Below, one piece after another: positions 30,081 through 40,538 of a DNA stretch of 64,000 nucleotides. Below the pieces are notes generated by a model that made no database searches, was not told the origin of the DNA, and saw only the letters and a list, made by a program, of their open reading frames with translations. Numbering within the stretch: position 1 is the stretch's first letter; every line of letters starts with the position of its first letter. The position numbers were made by a program, and so were the translations under genes. The stretch comes from an uncultured Candidatus Rokubacteria bacterium. Its GTDB lineage: Bacteria > Methylomirabilota > Methylomirabilia > Rokubacteriales > CSP1-6. Where the stretch lies: assembly GCA_963754315.1 (NCBI GenBank), contig CAVWFS010000015.1, positions 192,001-256,000 of the forward strand, in the 5' to 3' direction.

Positions 30081-31265
30081 ATGGCAGAAGCTGTCATCGT
30101 CTCGACCGCCCGTACCGGGATCGGCAAGGCCTACCGAGGGGCCCTCAACAATACCCACGGTGCCACCGTGGCCGCCCACGTCATCGGGCAGGCCGTGAAA
30201 CGGGCGGGTCTGGAGCCGGCCGAGGTCGAGGACGTGATCCTCGGCTGCGCCCTGCCGGAGGGTGCCACCGGCGGCAACATCGCGCGCCAGGCGGCGCTGC
30301 GGGCGGGCCTGCCGGTCACCACCGGGGGCGTCACCGTCAACCGCTTCTGCTCGTCCGGGCTGCAAGCCATCGCCATGGCTGCTCACCGGGTGATCGTGGA
30401 TCGTGTCCCGATCATGGTCGCGGGCGGCCTGGAATCGATCAGCCTCGTCCAGAACGAGCACATGAACCTGCACCGCATGCGCGAGAGCTGGCTCGAGGAA
30501 CGCAAGCCCGAGATCTACATGACGATGATCGAGACGGCCGAGGTGGTGGCCGCGCGCTACGACGTCACCCGCGAGATGCAGGACGAGTACGCGCTGGCCA
30601 GCCAGCAGCGAACAGCGGCCGCGCAGCAGGCGGGCCGCTTCGATGCCGAGATCGTTCCCTTCACGACCATCAAGACGGTCCAGGACAAGACGACGGGGCA
30701 GCTCCACGAAGAAGAGGTCACCCTCACCCGAGACGAGGGGAATCGTCCTGATACCACCCTCGACGGTCTGAAGGCCCTCAAGCCGGTGACGGGTGAAAAG
30801 GGGCACATCACGGCTGGCAATGCCAGCCAGCTCTCCGACGGCGCCTCAGCCTGCGTGGTGATGGATGCTCGCCTCGCCGAGCGGCGCGGGCTAAGGCCAC
30901 TCGGAATCTTTCGCGGCTTCACCGTGGCCGCCTGTGAGCCGGACGAGATGGGGATCGGTCCCGTCTTCGCGGTGCCACGCCTGCTGGAGCGGTTCGCCTT
31001 GAAGATGGACGACATCGACCTGTGGGAGCTGAACGAGGCGTTCGCCGTCCAGGTCATCTACTGTCGCGACCGGCTTGGCATCCCCATGGAAAAGCTCAAT
31101 GTCGACGGCGGGGCCATCGCCATCGGCCACCCCTACGGCATGAGCGGAGCCCGGATGGTCGGCCACGCTCTCTTGGAGGGCAAGCGGCGCGGCGCCAAGC
31201 ACGTCGTCTGCACGATGTGCATCGGCGGGGGCATGGGGGCGGCAGGCCTCTTCGAGGTCGTCTAG
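30081..31265 (+). CDS. Acetyl-CoA C-acyltransferase (thiolase)
   Basis: NRFCSSG, NEAFA, GHPYG, CIGGG. Confidence 0.95.
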   Translation: MAEAVIVSTARTGIGKAYRGALNNTHGATVAAHVIGQAVKRAGLEPAEVEDVILGCALPEGATGGNIARQAALRAGLPVTTGGVTVNRFCSSGLQAIAMAAHRVIVDRVPIMVAGGLESISLVQNEHMNLHRMRESWLEERKPEIYMTMIETAEVVAARYDVTREMQDEYALASQQRTAAAQQAGRFDAEIVPFTTIKTVQDKTTGQLHEEEVTLTRDEGNRPDTTLDGLKALKPVTGEKGHITAGNASQLSDGASACVVMDARLAERRGLRPLGIFRGFTVAACEPDEMGIGPVFAVPRLLERFALKMDDIDLWELNEAFAVQVIYCRDRLGIPMEKLNVDGGAIAIGHPYGMSGARMVGHALLEGKRRGAKHVVCTMCIGGGMGAAGLFEVV

Positions 31266-31298
31266 CCGGCCCGACCCTCCTTGCGACCCGTTGGCGTT

Positions 31299-32180
31299 CT
31301 ACCGCACGGCACCCATGGTGAGCCCGCGCACGATGTACTTCTGGACGAGCAAGCTCAGGAGCAGCTGGGGCACGACCGCCACCAGCGAGGCGGCCGCCAT
31401 CTGCCCCCACAGCACCTGCTCGTAGGAGATGAACTGAATGGCCCCGACCGTCACCGGGAACGTCTGCCGACCCGCCAGCATCAGCGGATAGTTGAACGCG
31501 TTCCAGCTGAACATGAAGCCCAGGATGACGGTGACGGCCACACCGGGCAGGCTCAAGGGCAGGATGACCCGCGTCAGCACACCCCACCAGGAGCATCCAT
31601 CGATCTTGGCCGCCTCCTCCACCTCGAGGGGGATCTCCATGAAGAAGCTGCGCAGCATCCAGATCGTGAAGGGCAAGGTAATGAGCTGATAGGCGAGGAT
31701 CAACCCTGCGTATGTGTTATAGAGCCCGAGACGCTGATACAGGATGTACAGGGGGATCAGGAACGTGATGAACGGGGCGAAGCGGAAGCTGAGGAACAGG
31801 AACGCCAGCCCTTCTTTCAAGGGAAACGTGTAGCGGGCCAGGGCATACGCGGCCAGCACCCCCGCCACGACCGATAGCAGCACCGCTCCTGAGGAAATGA
31901 TCACACTGTTGACGAAGAAGCGGGGGAAATCGGGACGGGCCGAGGCATAGAGGCCCCGCTGCCGGCCGATGAAGATCGCCTCATAGTTCTCGACGGTTGG
32001 GCGAAAGACCAAGGTCGGTGGCACCGACAGCATGTCGCGCGGTTCTTTCAGCGATGTGATCAGGATCCAGAAGAACGGCAGGACCGTCCAGACCACCAAG
32101 AGTAGCGCCGCCACCACCAGCCCGCCGGCCCGCACCCACCGCCAGCTGCGGCGCTCACGCAAGGTAGTCGGCCCGCTCAC
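31299..32180 (-). CDS. Carbohydrate ABC transporter permease
   Basis: VEEAAKIDGC, FSWN, GLTMGAVR; GTG start overlaps the upstream stop. Confidence 0.9.
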   Translation of the reverse strand: MSGPTTLRERRSWRWVRAGGLVVAALLLVVWTVLPFFWILITSLKEPRDMLSVPPTLVFRPTVENYEAIFIGRQRGLYASARPDFPRFFVNSVIISSGAVLLSVVAGVLAAYALARYTFPLKEGLAFLFLSFRFAPFITFLIPLYILYQRLGLYNTYAGLILAYQLITLPFTIWMLRSFFMEIPLEVEEAAKIDGCSWWGVLTRVILPLSLPGVAVTVILGFMFSWNAFNYPLMLAGRQTFPVTVGAIQFISYEQVLWGQMAAASLVAVVPQLLLSLLVQKYIVRGLTMGAVR

Positions 32181-33064
32181 AGCGTCGTCCGCTCCGCGGC
32201 GCGCCTCCAGTAGCTCATGAGGACGTAGCTGGCGCTGAAGACGAGCCCCAGCAGGACAACGGCGTAGGCCATGCCGGCGCCCATCTGGTACCACTGAAAC
32301 GCATAGAAGAACGCCCGCATGTGAAGGTTCATGGTGGCGTCCGCCGGCCCGCCCAACGTCGTTGCATAGATCACGTCGAAGATCCGGAGCGCGTCCATGG
32401 TTCGGAAGGTAACGGCCAGAATGATGAACGGCTTGAGGAGCGGCAGCGTGATGTACCGAAATACCTCCCACCCCGCTGCCCCGTCCACCCAGGCCGCCTC
32501 ATAGGGCTCGCCTGGAAGTGACTGCAGGCCCCCGAGGAGGATCAGGGCCACGAAGGGGAGGTTGCCCCAGGTATCGATGATCAGGATGGAAACCATGGCC
32601 GAGTTGACCGCCCCCAGCCAGTTGATGGGGCCAATACCCACAAAGGACAGCCCATAGTTGAGGAGGCCCGCATTGGTCGAGGCCATCATGATCTTCCACA
32701 TGAGGGCCGTGATCACGGGCGGCATCATCAAGGGCATGAGCATCATGGCCCGGAGCACGCTCCGACCGGGGAACCGCGCGTGCAGAAATAACGCGACCGC
32801 GAGGCCCAGCCCCACCTGGATCACCACCGCCACCAGGGCATAGCCCACCGTGAACTCCAGGGAGTAGACGAACACGGGTTCCTTCAGCAAGGCGAGGTAA
32901 TTGCCCAGCCAGACCACTCGGAAGAGATGGGGATACTGCAGATAGTAGCTCGTGAGGCTGTAGTAGAGCCCGAGGCAGAAGGGGTACAGCATGCCGATCA
33001 AGAGCAGAAAGGCGGGCAGAAGCAGCACGTAGGGCACGAGCTGCTCCGGCCGTCGCCGCGCCAT
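32177..33064 (-). CDS. Carbohydrate ABC transporter permease
   Basis: YEAAWVDGA, ITLPLLKP, GGPADAT. Confidence 0.9.
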   Translation of the reverse strand: MARRRPEQLVPYVLLLPAFLLLIGMLYPFCLGLYYSLTSYYLQYPHLFRVVWLGNYLALLKEPVFVYSLEFTVGYALVAVVIQVGLGLAVALFLHARFPGRSVLRAMMLMPLMMPPVITALMWKIMMASTNAGLLNYGLSFVGIGPINWLGAVNSAMVSILIIDTWGNLPFVALILLGGLQSLPGEPYEAAWVDGAAGWEVFRYITLPLLKPFIILAVTFRTMDALRIFDVIYATTLGGPADATMNLHMRAFFYAFQWYQMGAGMAYAVVLLGLVFSASYVLMSYWRRAAERTTL

Positions 33065-33079
33065 CGCCGGTGGGGAGGT

Positions 33080-34501
33080 CTATTTCTTCAGCCCGACCTC
33101 CACCAGAACCTTGTCGATCTCCGCGCTTGCCTTCTTCAACGCCTCCTCGGCCGAGGCGCGCTTGAAGTAGATCTCGTGCAGGGCTCGGGCCCAGATGTCG
33201 CCCAGCCGCGTGCGTTCAGGGTGAGGAACCCAGGCGACCCGAGCCGTCTTGAGATTTTCCTGCTGGGTCTTGACGTAGCTCCCGTTTCCCCACGTCCCCA
33301 TGACCTGCTGCACCTTGGGGTTTGTCATGACCGAGATGCGTGAGGGATTGTAGTTGCGGTATTCGAGCGTCGCGTTGAGCAGGGTCTGGGGGGACGTCGC
33401 CCACTGGATGAAGAGCCACGCGGCATCCTTGTTCTTGGTGGCCTTGCTCATGCCGAGCGCCCATGTCCACAACCCCGCGAACGGCTTGCCTCCCGGCCCG
33501 CTTGGCACCAGCGCGTAGCCCACCTTGCCGGCCACCTTGGACTTCTTGGGATCCTCGTAGGTGGCGGCGAAGAAGTCGGCATCCACGATCATGCCGGCCT
33601 GCCCGGCCGCGAAACTCTCCATCGCGTCGTACCACGTCATGTTGGCCCAGTTGGCGGGCCCGCTTTCACGCATCATGTCGACCCACATCTGGGTGAACTT
33701 GACGGAGCGCGGATCGTGGAAGGTCGGATTGAGCTTGTCGTCCAGCTCATTCCACTTCCCGTCGGTGTAGGACTTGATCCCGCTGATGAATCCGGTGGCC
33801 ACCGTGGCCACCGATGGCGTACCGCGAGCGACGATGCCGTCGATGCCCGCCTGCTTCTTGATGAGGCGGGCGGCGTCTACCATCTCTTCCATGGTGGTGG
33901 GGACCTTGATCTTGTATTGATCGAAGAGGTCCTTCCGGTAGGCGAGAATATAGCTCTCGGCCAAGACCGGGATGGAATAGAGAGGCCCCTCGCCGACTCC
34001 GCCACCCACCTTGCCACTCCAGCGATTGGCCGCAATCAAGGCCGGGTAAAAATCGTCGAGCTTGTACCAGGTCTTGTCCGTGAGCTTCGGATCGTTGAGG
34101 AACGAGTCGAGGGGAACGATCCATCCCGGTGTCACGTATTGCCAGTTCCGCATGGGGCCCGTCATGATGACGGTGAATTCGCCTCGTTGCTGGGAGAGAT
34201 CGGCCACCAGCTTGGAGAAGTACTCTTGCTCCGGGAGGATCAGATAGTCCACCTTGATCCCGCTCAAGCGCTCGAACTGCGGGATCAGCGGCAAGAGGGA
34301 TTCGGTGAACGGGTGCTTGTTGAGGCCAATGGTCAACTTTTGGCCTTCGGCTTGCCGCCAGTTTATCTTGGCCTGACGGAAGTAGGCCAACGACGCGTCA
34401 TCCTGCGCGCGCGCCACGGGCGGCGTGTCGCCTAACCACAGGACGAGTCCGAGGAGCCCCACCAACCATCCGCCCAACGTCCGTCCTGACCGGGTCGCCA
34501 T
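33080..34501 (-). CDS. Carbohydrate ABC transporter substrate-binding protein
   Basis: Signal peptide; YRKDLF, SKVAGKVGYA, AAWLFIQWATS. Confidence 0.9.
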   Translation of the reverse strand: MATRSGRTLGGWLVGLLGLVLWLGDTPPVARAQDDASLAYFRQAKINWRQAEGQKLTIGLNKHPFTESLLPLIPQFERLSGIKVDYLILPEQEYFSKLVADLSQQRGEFTVIMTGPMRNWQYVTPGWIVPLDSFLNDPKLTDKTWYKLDDFYPALIAANRWSGKVGGGVGEGPLYSIPVLAESYILAYRKDLFDQYKIKVPTTMEEMVDAARLIKKQAGIDGIVARGTPSVATVATGFISGIKSYTDGKWNELDDKLNPTFHDPRSVKFTQMWVDMMRESGPANWANMTWYDAMESFAAGQAGMIVDADFFAATYEDPKKSKVAGKVGYALVPSGPGGKPFAGLWTWALGMSKATKNKDAAWLFIQWATSPQTLLNATLEYRNYNPSRISVMTNPKVQQVMGTWGNGSYVKTQQENLKTARVAWVPHPERTRLGDIWARALHEIYFKRASAEEALKKASAEIDKVLVEVGLKK

Positions 34502-34701
34502 GTTTGTCATCCCCCTCGCGAGACGCTTTGTGCGCGCGCGATCACCGAGATGTTCACGCGCCTTCTTACTCCAGGGAACAAGCGCCGTCAACCTGGCTCA
34601 CCGGCCGCTCAGTCCGGTCACCTACGCCGCTCTGTCCAAGCTGACACTGAACGTGCTACACAATTCGACATGCGCGAGCACGCCGCCCGGCTGCACTGTC
34701 G

Positions 34702-35154
34702 ATGAGCATCGAGGAGTCCGCCGCTAGTCCGGACGATCTGCTGGGCAGGGTACGCGCGCGCGCCGTGACGAACCTGTTCTGGCGACACCTCGGGGTCGAT
34801 GTCGAGGACGCGCGCGAAGGGTGGGTGCGGCTGCGGGTCGCTATCCGCGATGAGATCAGAAATGCGGCGGGGGCGCCGGTGCACGGAGGCGTGTACAGCG
34901 CGCTGGTGGACATGGCGGTGGGCGGCGCCCTGAGCACCTTGCACGCGGCTTCGGAAGGAGGCGTTGGCCAGACCACCCTCGACCTGAATGTGAGTTTCCT
35001 GGCCTCGGCACGGCAAGGCAATATTTATGCGGAGGGACGCATCATCAAGAGAGGACGGACGATCGCGTTCGGCGAGGCTACCATCACGGACGGCGACGGG
35101 AATCTGCTTGCCGTGGGTCGGGCGACCTACATGATCCTCGCGGCGCGTGCATGA
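34702..35154 (+). CDS. PaaI family (hot-dog) thioesterase
   Basis: N...PVHGGVYSALVD, TLDLNVSFL, GRTIAFGEA. Confidence 0.9.
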   Translation: MSIEESAASPDDLLGRVRARAVTNLFWRHLGVDVEDAREGWVRLRVAIRDEIRNAAGAPVHGGVYSALVDMAVGGALSTLHAASEGGVGQTTLDLNVSFLASARQGNIYAEGRIIKRGRTIAFGEATITDGDGNLLAVGRATYMILAARA

Positions 35155-35197
35155 CCCTCGCGGACTGCGCATGACCCTTGCGGACCGGGTGGGATCC

Positions 35198-36826
35198 TCA
35201 GGCTTCTTTGGCCTGCTCGCGCAGCACGAACTTCTGGATCTTCCCGGTCGACGTCTTGGGAAGTGGGCCGAAGACCACGTGCTTGGGAATCTTGTAGTGC
35301 GCGAGCTGGTCGCGGCACCAGCGGATGATCTCGTCTGCGCTCACGGGCGCCGCGTCCGGCTTGAGCGTCACGAACGCGCACGGCGTTTCGCCCCAGCGCG
35401 CATCGGGTCGGGCCACCACCGCCGCCTCCATGACGGCCGGATGCCGATAGAGGGCCTCCTCGACTTCGAGAGATGAGATGTTCTCACCGCCCGAGATGAT
35501 GACATCCTTGGCCCGGTCCTTGATCTCGACGTAGCCGTCCGGATGCCACACGGCCAGATCGCCCGTGTGGAACCAGCCGCCCCGGAAGGCTTCCTCGGTG
35601 GCCGTGGAGTTCAATAGATAGCCTTTCATGATCGTGTTGCCGCGCAGCACGATCTCGCCCATGGTGGCGCCATCCTTCGGGACCGGTTCGAGCGTGATCG
35701 GATCGGCGACCATCAGCCCCGCCAGGGTAGGATGGGCCACCCCCTGACGTGCCATCATCCGGGCCCGCTCGTCGAGGGTGAGACCATCCCAGTCCTCCTG
35801 CCAGGCGCAGAGGGTCGCCGGGCCATAGCACTCGGTGAGCCCGTAAAGGTGCGTCACCCGAAACCCCATTGACTCCATGGCCGCGATCACCGTGGACGGA
35901 GGCGCCGCCCCCCCGGTGGCCACTTCCACCACGTGGTCGACGCGCACCTTCACCGCGGCTGGAGCGTGAATCAGCATGGTCAGGACCACGGGCGCTCCGC
36001 ACAGGTGCGTGACCCGGTGTCGCTGGATGGCCGGAAAGATAGAAGCCGGCTCGACACGGCGGAGGCAGACGTGGGTGCCGCCCACCGCCGTGACCGCCCA
36101 GGTGTACGTCCAGCCGCTGCAGTGGAACATCGGCAAGGTCCACAGATAGACAGAGCGCGGGGACAGCCCGAAGGCCAGCGCATTGCCGAGCGCGTTCAGG
36201 TAGGCGCCGCGATGATGATAGACGACACCCTTGGGATTCCCCGTCGTTCCCGAGGTGTAGAGGAGGCAGATGGCCTGCCACTCCTCGGCCGGCTCCCGCA
36301 CATCCATCGCCGGCACTCCCTCCTCCAGCAGGGCCTCGTAGTCGGTCTCGCCGAGGCGTGTTCCCGGTCCCGTATAGAGCGGATCGTCGATGTCGACCAC
36401 GGGAATCTGTCGCGAGAGGAGTCCGAGCGCTTCGGCAACCGTCGAAGAGAATTCCCGATCGGTGATCAGGAGCCGGGCCCGGCCGTGCTCCAGGATGAAC
36501 GCAATCGATCGGGCGTCGAGGCGGTAGTTCAGGGGATTGAGGACGGCGCCGGTCATGGGCACACCATAGTGCGCCTCCAGCATCGGCGGCACGTTGGGGG
36601 CCATGATGGCAACCGTGTCGCCGCGCCCGATGCCGCGCCGGCTCAGTGCGGTGGCCAGGCGCAGGCAGCGTTCGTGAAACTCCCGGTAACTCAGCCGCCA
36701 GTCGCCGTGGATCACGGCGGTCTTCTTCGCATAGACAGCCGCTGCCCGCTCCAGGAACGAGAGCGGCGTCAGCGGAACGTGATTCGCCGGCCTCTGCTCG
36801 AGATCGACATCGTAGGGATTCGCCAC
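35198..36826 (-). CDS. Acyl-CoA synthetase (AMP-forming)
   Basis: YTSGTTGNPKG, YGLTE, WFHTGD, SGGENISS, LPKTSTGK. Confidence 0.95.
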   Translation of the reverse strand: MANPYDVDLEQRPANHVPLTPLSFLERAAAVYAKKTAVIHGDWRLSYREFHERCLRLATALSRRGIGRGDTVAIMAPNVPPMLEAHYGVPMTGAVLNPLNYRLDARSIAFILEHGRARLLITDREFSSTVAEALGLLSRQIPVVDIDDPLYTGPGTRLGETDYEALLEEGVPAMDVREPAEEWQAICLLYTSGTTGNPKGVVYHHRGAYLNALGNALAFGLSPRSVYLWTLPMFHCSGWTYTWAVTAVGGTHVCLRRVEPASIFPAIQRHRVTHLCGAPVVLTMLIHAPAAVKVRVDHVVEVATGGAAPPSTVIAAMESMGFRVTHLYGLTECYGPATLCAWQEDWDGLTLDERARMMARQGVAHPTLAGLMVADPITLEPVPKDGATMGEIVLRGNTIMKGYLLNSTATEEAFRGGWFHTGDLAVWHPDGYVEIKDRAKDVIISGGENISSLEVEEALYRHPAVMEAAVVARPDARWGETPCAFVTLKPDAAPVSADEIIRWCRDQLAHYKIPKHVVFGPLPKTSTGKIQKFVLREQAKEA

Positions 36827-36879
36827 GTAGTCCTCCCCCGGGACGCTCGGACCCGCCCTACTCTACCGCGGGCCTCTCC

Positions 36880-36908
36880 TTGACGCCCGGACAGGAGCGA
36901 CCTAAGGT
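36880..36908 (+). promoter_or_regulatory. Sigma70-type promoter
   Basis: TTGACG-N17-TAAGGT followed by a GAAGGAG RBS. Confidence 0.6.
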
Positions 36909-36929
36909 GCCGGCAGGGAAGGAGCGGGC

Positions 36930-36968
36930 ATGGGCTTCGAGCAGATCATCTACGAGGTGCGCGATTGA
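36930..36968 (+). pseudogene. 12-codon ORF MGFEQIIYEVRD, probable truncated enoyl-CoA hydratase N-terminus
   Basis: Good RBS; resembles typical crotonase starts; TGA overlaps the TTG start of ndh. Confidence 0.55.
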
Positions 36969-38299
36969 CCACTCCCGCCGCGCCGGCAGTGGCCTCGGCC
37001 CATCACGTCGTCATCGTTGGCGGCGGTTTCGGCGGCCTCACCGCCGCCAAGACCTTGCGACGGGCGCCGGTCCGGGTCACCCTGCTCGACCGCCGCAACT
37101 TCCACCTGTTTCAGCCATTGCTGTACCAGGTGGCGACCGGCAATCTCTCCAATGCTCACATTGCGTGGCCGCTCCGGGCCATTCTCCGCCGCCAGGCCAA
37201 CGTCCAGGTCCTGCTGGCTGACGTACGCGACATCGATGTCGCCGGCCACCGGGTCATCCTGGACGACGGCGGCAGCATCGAATACGACACGCTCGTGGTG
37301 GCGGCGGGGGCCAGCCACAGCTATTTCGGCCACGACGAGTGGCACGACCTCGCGCCGGGTCTGAAGTCGCTCGAGGATGCCACCGAGCTGCGCCGGCGAA
37401 TCTTTCTCGCCTTCGAAACCGCCGAGCGAACGACAGATCTGGAGGCGCGCAAACGCTGGCTCACCTTCGTGATCGTCGGCGGAGGCCCTACTGGCGTCGA
37501 GATGGCTGGCGCTCTCGCTGAGATTGCCCACCACGTGCTCAAGCATGACTTCCGAACTATCGACCCCACCCACGCCACCATCCTGGTCGTCGAGGGCGCG
37601 GACCGCTTGTTACCCCCCTTCGATCCCGGGCTCGCCGCCAAGGCGGAGCGGGCGCTCACCGCGATGGGCGTCACCGTCAAGACGGGAGCGCTCGTCACGA
37701 ACATCACCGCCACTCATGTCACGTATCGCGTCGGTCAGGCTACGGAGCAGGTGGCGGCCGGGACCGTCTTCTGGGCGGCCGGAGTTCAGGCCTCTCCGCT
37801 GGCCAAGGCGCTCGCGAAGGCGACGGGGGTCACGTTGGACCGCGCGGGACGCATAAGCGTGCAGCCCGATCTCACCATCCCCGGCAAGCCCGAGATCTTC
37901 GCGATCGGCGACATGACTCACCTCGTGGAGAACGGTCGGCCACTGCCTGGTGTGGCGCAGGTCGCCCTGCAGCAAGGCCGGCACGCGGCGAAGGTGATCG
38001 CGGCACGTCTGCATGGAGACCCGCCGCCCGGGCCCTTCCACTATGTCGATCTGGGAAGCATGGCCGTCATCGGACGAGCCGCCGCCGTCGTGCAGGCAGG
38101 TCGGATCAAGGTCTCAGGCCCACTGGCCTGGCTCGCGTGGGCCTTCATTCACGTGATCAAGCTGATGGGAGTCGAGAACCGCCTCAAGGTGCTGATGACG
38201 TGGGCCTGGCACTACACAACGTGGAACTCGGATGGTCGCCTGATCACCGGCGGGGGTGGTCGCGAGGCCCCACGCCCGGTGTCGGACGCGACGCCGTAG
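36965..38299 (+). CDS. ndh: Type II NADH dehydrogenase / NAD(P)-FAD oxidoreductase
   Basis: GGGFGG, FQPLLYQVATG, GGGPTGVEMAG, AQVALQQG. Confidence 0.92.
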   Translation: MTTPAAPAVASAHHVVIVGGGFGGLTAAKTLRRAPVRVTLLDRRNFHLFQPLLYQVATGNLSNAHIAWPLRAILRRQANVQVLLADVRDIDVAGHRVILDDGGSIEYDTLVVAAGASHSYFGHDEWHDLAPGLKSLEDATELRRRIFLAFETAERTTDLEARKRWLTFVIVGGGPTGVEMAGALAEIAHHVLKHDFRTIDPTHATILVVEGADRLLPPFDPGLAAKAERALTAMGVTVKTGALVTNITATHVTYRVGQATEQVAAGTVFWAAGVQASPLAKALAKATGVTLDRAGRISVQPDLTIPGKPEIFAIGDMTHLVENGRPLPGVAQVALQQGRHAAKVIAARLHGDPPPGPFHYVDLGSMAVIGRAAAVVQAGRIKVSGPLAWLAWAFIHVIKLMGVENRLKVLMTWAWHYTTWNSDGRLITGGGGREAPRPVSDATP

Positions 38300-38340
38300 A
38301 CCTACCTACTCGAATTCGACGAAATCCTGACGACAGCCCC

Positions 38341-38380
38341 CGAGCCCGAACGAGGCAGCCGGCTGTCTCGTTCGGGCTCG
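38341..38380. terminator. 40-bp near-perfect palindrome between convergent genes
   Basis: CGAGCCCGAACGAGGCAGCC/GGCTGTCTCGTTCGGGCTCG with one G-T mismatch. Confidence 0.6.
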
Positions 38381-38389
38381 AGGCGCCGG

Positions 38390-39478
38390 TTATCCCGTGA
38401 TCTCGCGTACGGTGATCTGATAGCGGAACGTCGCCGGGTCGAGGCTGTCACGTCTCCCTTCGGCCGTCTCTGCCTGTGGATACATGAGAAACGGCACCGG
38501 AGGTCCCGGCGAGTTCACGAGCTTCACATCGTGAGCGTAGTTGTAGGGAAGCCAGTTCATCTCCCACTGACCGAACAGCTTGGCCCGAGCGCGGCGGGCG
38601 ATTGGATCGGTGAGCGTCAGCCCGCCCTGCTTCTCCTCGAGCACGACCTTTCTGACGTCAGCAGGATCGACGGGAACCCAGCCGAAGTCGCCCAGATACA
38701 CCTCCGCCCGGCAGTGCTGAGCCCGGCTGATATCGCCACTCTTGCCCAGGCTCTTGAACTCGACGGAATCTGCGCAGCGAACGCCGTACACGTCGCGGGC
38801 CGGCAATCCCACCGCGCGGGCGAGGCCGACGTAGAGCGCGTTGAGGTCGGCGCACTTGCCGCCGAAGTAGCGCGTCTCCAGCATGGTCTTGATGTCGCCG
38901 AGACCACACCCTCGCACCTTCGGGTCGCGGAATGTGTTCTCGACGATCCATTCGTAGATGGCGCGGGCCTTGTCGACGTCGGATTTGGCCCCCTGGGTGA
39001 TCCCTTGCGCCGTCTCGCGAACGATCCCGTCGGTCGGAATCAATTGGGTCGGCTCGAGGTATCGCGCGAGCACAGCCTTGCCCTCGCGCACGGCCCCCGT
39101 CGGCGCCTTGTCCAGGTCGATGTTGCGATCGCGCGTCGAGAACCGACTGGTGACCTCGACCGCCGGCGCCCGCTCGGTGGCTGGCCACTCGGCGTAGACC
39201 ATCCCCAGATCGTACTTGCTGTCCTTGACGACCCGTGTGGTGCCGGCGTTACCCGTAAACGTGTCGCCCTGCCGCGTGAAGTAATCCGTATCGGTCAGCA
39301 AGGGCAGCGGCACCCACCCACGCGTGATGCCCGTCGGGTTCGCGACCTCGAGCTTTGTGATCACCTCGAACTTCCGCCACGCAGTCGCCGGCGCCGCTAG
39401 CACGTGGCGGGGTCTAGAACCAACTGTCAACCCTGCCCACGCACCTACCCCCGCCTTGAGAAACGTTCGGCGCTTCAT
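38390..39478 (-). CDS. Tat-exported transglutaminase-like protein
   Basis: MKRRTFLK signal; GKCADLN, QHCRAE, WVPVDPAD (Cys-His-Asp triad). Confidence 0.9.
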   Translation of the reverse strand: MKRRTFLKAGVGAWAGLTVGSRPRHVLAAPATAWRKFEVITKLEVANPTGITRGWVPLPLLTDTDYFTRQGDTFTGNAGTTRVVKDSKYDLGMVYAEWPATERAPAVEVTSRFSTRDRNIDLDKAPTGAVREGKAVLARYLEPTQLIPTDGIVRETAQGITQGAKSDVDKARAIYEWIVENTFRDPKVRGCGLGDIKTMLETRYFGGKCADLNALYVGLARAVGLPARDVYGVRCADSVEFKSLGKSGDISRAQHCRAEVYLGDFGWVPVDPADVRKVVLEEKQGGLTLTDPIARRARAKLFGQWEMNWLPYNYAHDVKLVNSPGPPVPFLMYPQAETAEGRRDSLDPATFRYQITVREITG

Positions 39479-39631
39479 CGTTGCCCCCCTTTGCGGCATA
39501 TCGCCGGACAGCGTCGACAGCCTACCGGACGCCTGGGGTGACCTTCAAATCGGATGCTGTGGGCCCAGAGTGTCTCGCCGTGAGCCCTGGGCAAGCTAGA
39601 CGTGGGCGTCCGGCGGCTCTATCGTTCTCTT

Positions 39632-40522
39632 GTGATCGTGCACTTGATCGACGGGACGTACGAGCTGTTCCGGTACTTCTACTCGCCTGGCGCCTCTGAC
39701 CGCGGTAGTGGGGCTGACCTTCGAGCAGTGCGCGGCGTCGTCCAGTCGATGATCGGCGCCCTCGAGGGTGGGGCCACCCACATGGGCGTGGCCACCGATC
39801 ACGTCATCGAATCGTGGCGCAATGCTCGCTGGCCGGGCTACAAGACGGGAGAGGGTATCGATCCGCTCCTGCTCGCGCAGTTTCAACCGCTGGAGGACGC
39901 GCTGGAAGCCCTCGGCCTCGTCGTGTGGCCCATGGTGGAATTCGAGGCCGATGATGCGCTGGCCGCCGCCGCGCTCATGGCCGCGGCGGATACGAGGGTC
40001 GAGCAGGTCATCATCTGCTCGCCAGACAAGGATCTGGCCCAGTGCGTGCGCGGAGACCACATCGTGCAGCTCGATCGCCGGACGCGCACACTGCGCAACG
40101 AATCAGGCGTGCGCGAAAAGTTCGGCGTTCCGCCCGCCTCGATCCCGGACTGGCTCGCTCTCGTGGGCGACAGCGCCGACGGGTATCCCGGTCTCCCCGG
40201 CTGGGGGCCGTCGTCGGCCAGCGCCGTGCTCGCTCGCTACCATCACCTCGAGAGCATCCCTCGACTGGCCCACGAATGGGATATCCCCGTGCGCGGAGCG
40301 ACCAGGCTGGCGACGACCCTCGCCGCCCAGCGTGAGCAAGCCATGCTGTTCCGGGAGCTCGCCACCCTGCGTCCGGATGCCGAGGTCGGGAGCGACGTGG
40401 ACACCTTGCGATGGCAAGGACCACGCGCTGATTTCGCGACGTGGGCCGAGCGGCTCGGCGCTCTCGACCTTCACCACCGCGCCAGCCGGCTGGCGACCAC
40501 GCGCCGAGGTGTCGCGCCCTGA
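39632..40522 (+). CDS. Stand-alone 5'-3' exonuclease / flap endonuclease
   Basis: LIDGTYELFR, EADDALA, SPDKDL, ALVGDSADGYPG H3TH motif. Confidence 0.9.
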   Translation: MIVHLIDGTYELFRYFYSPGASDRGSGADLRAVRGVVQSMIGALEGGATHMGVATDHVIESWRNARWPGYKTGEGIDPLLLAQFQPLEDALEALGLVVWPMVEFEADDALAAAALMAAADTRVEQVIICSPDKDLAQCVRGDHIVQLDRRTRTLRNESGVREKFGVPPASIPDWLALVGDSADGYPGLPGWGPSSASAVLARYHHLESIPRLAHEWDIPVRGATRLATTLAAQREQAMLFRELATLRPDAEVGSDVDTLRWQGPRADFATWAERLGALDLHHRASRLATTRRGVAP

Positions 40523-40538
40523 GCGATCCGGCGCCGAT

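Noticed and set aside
34670..34705. Short ORF MREHAARLHCR overlapping the PaaI start
   Set aside because: Weak promoter match and no other support
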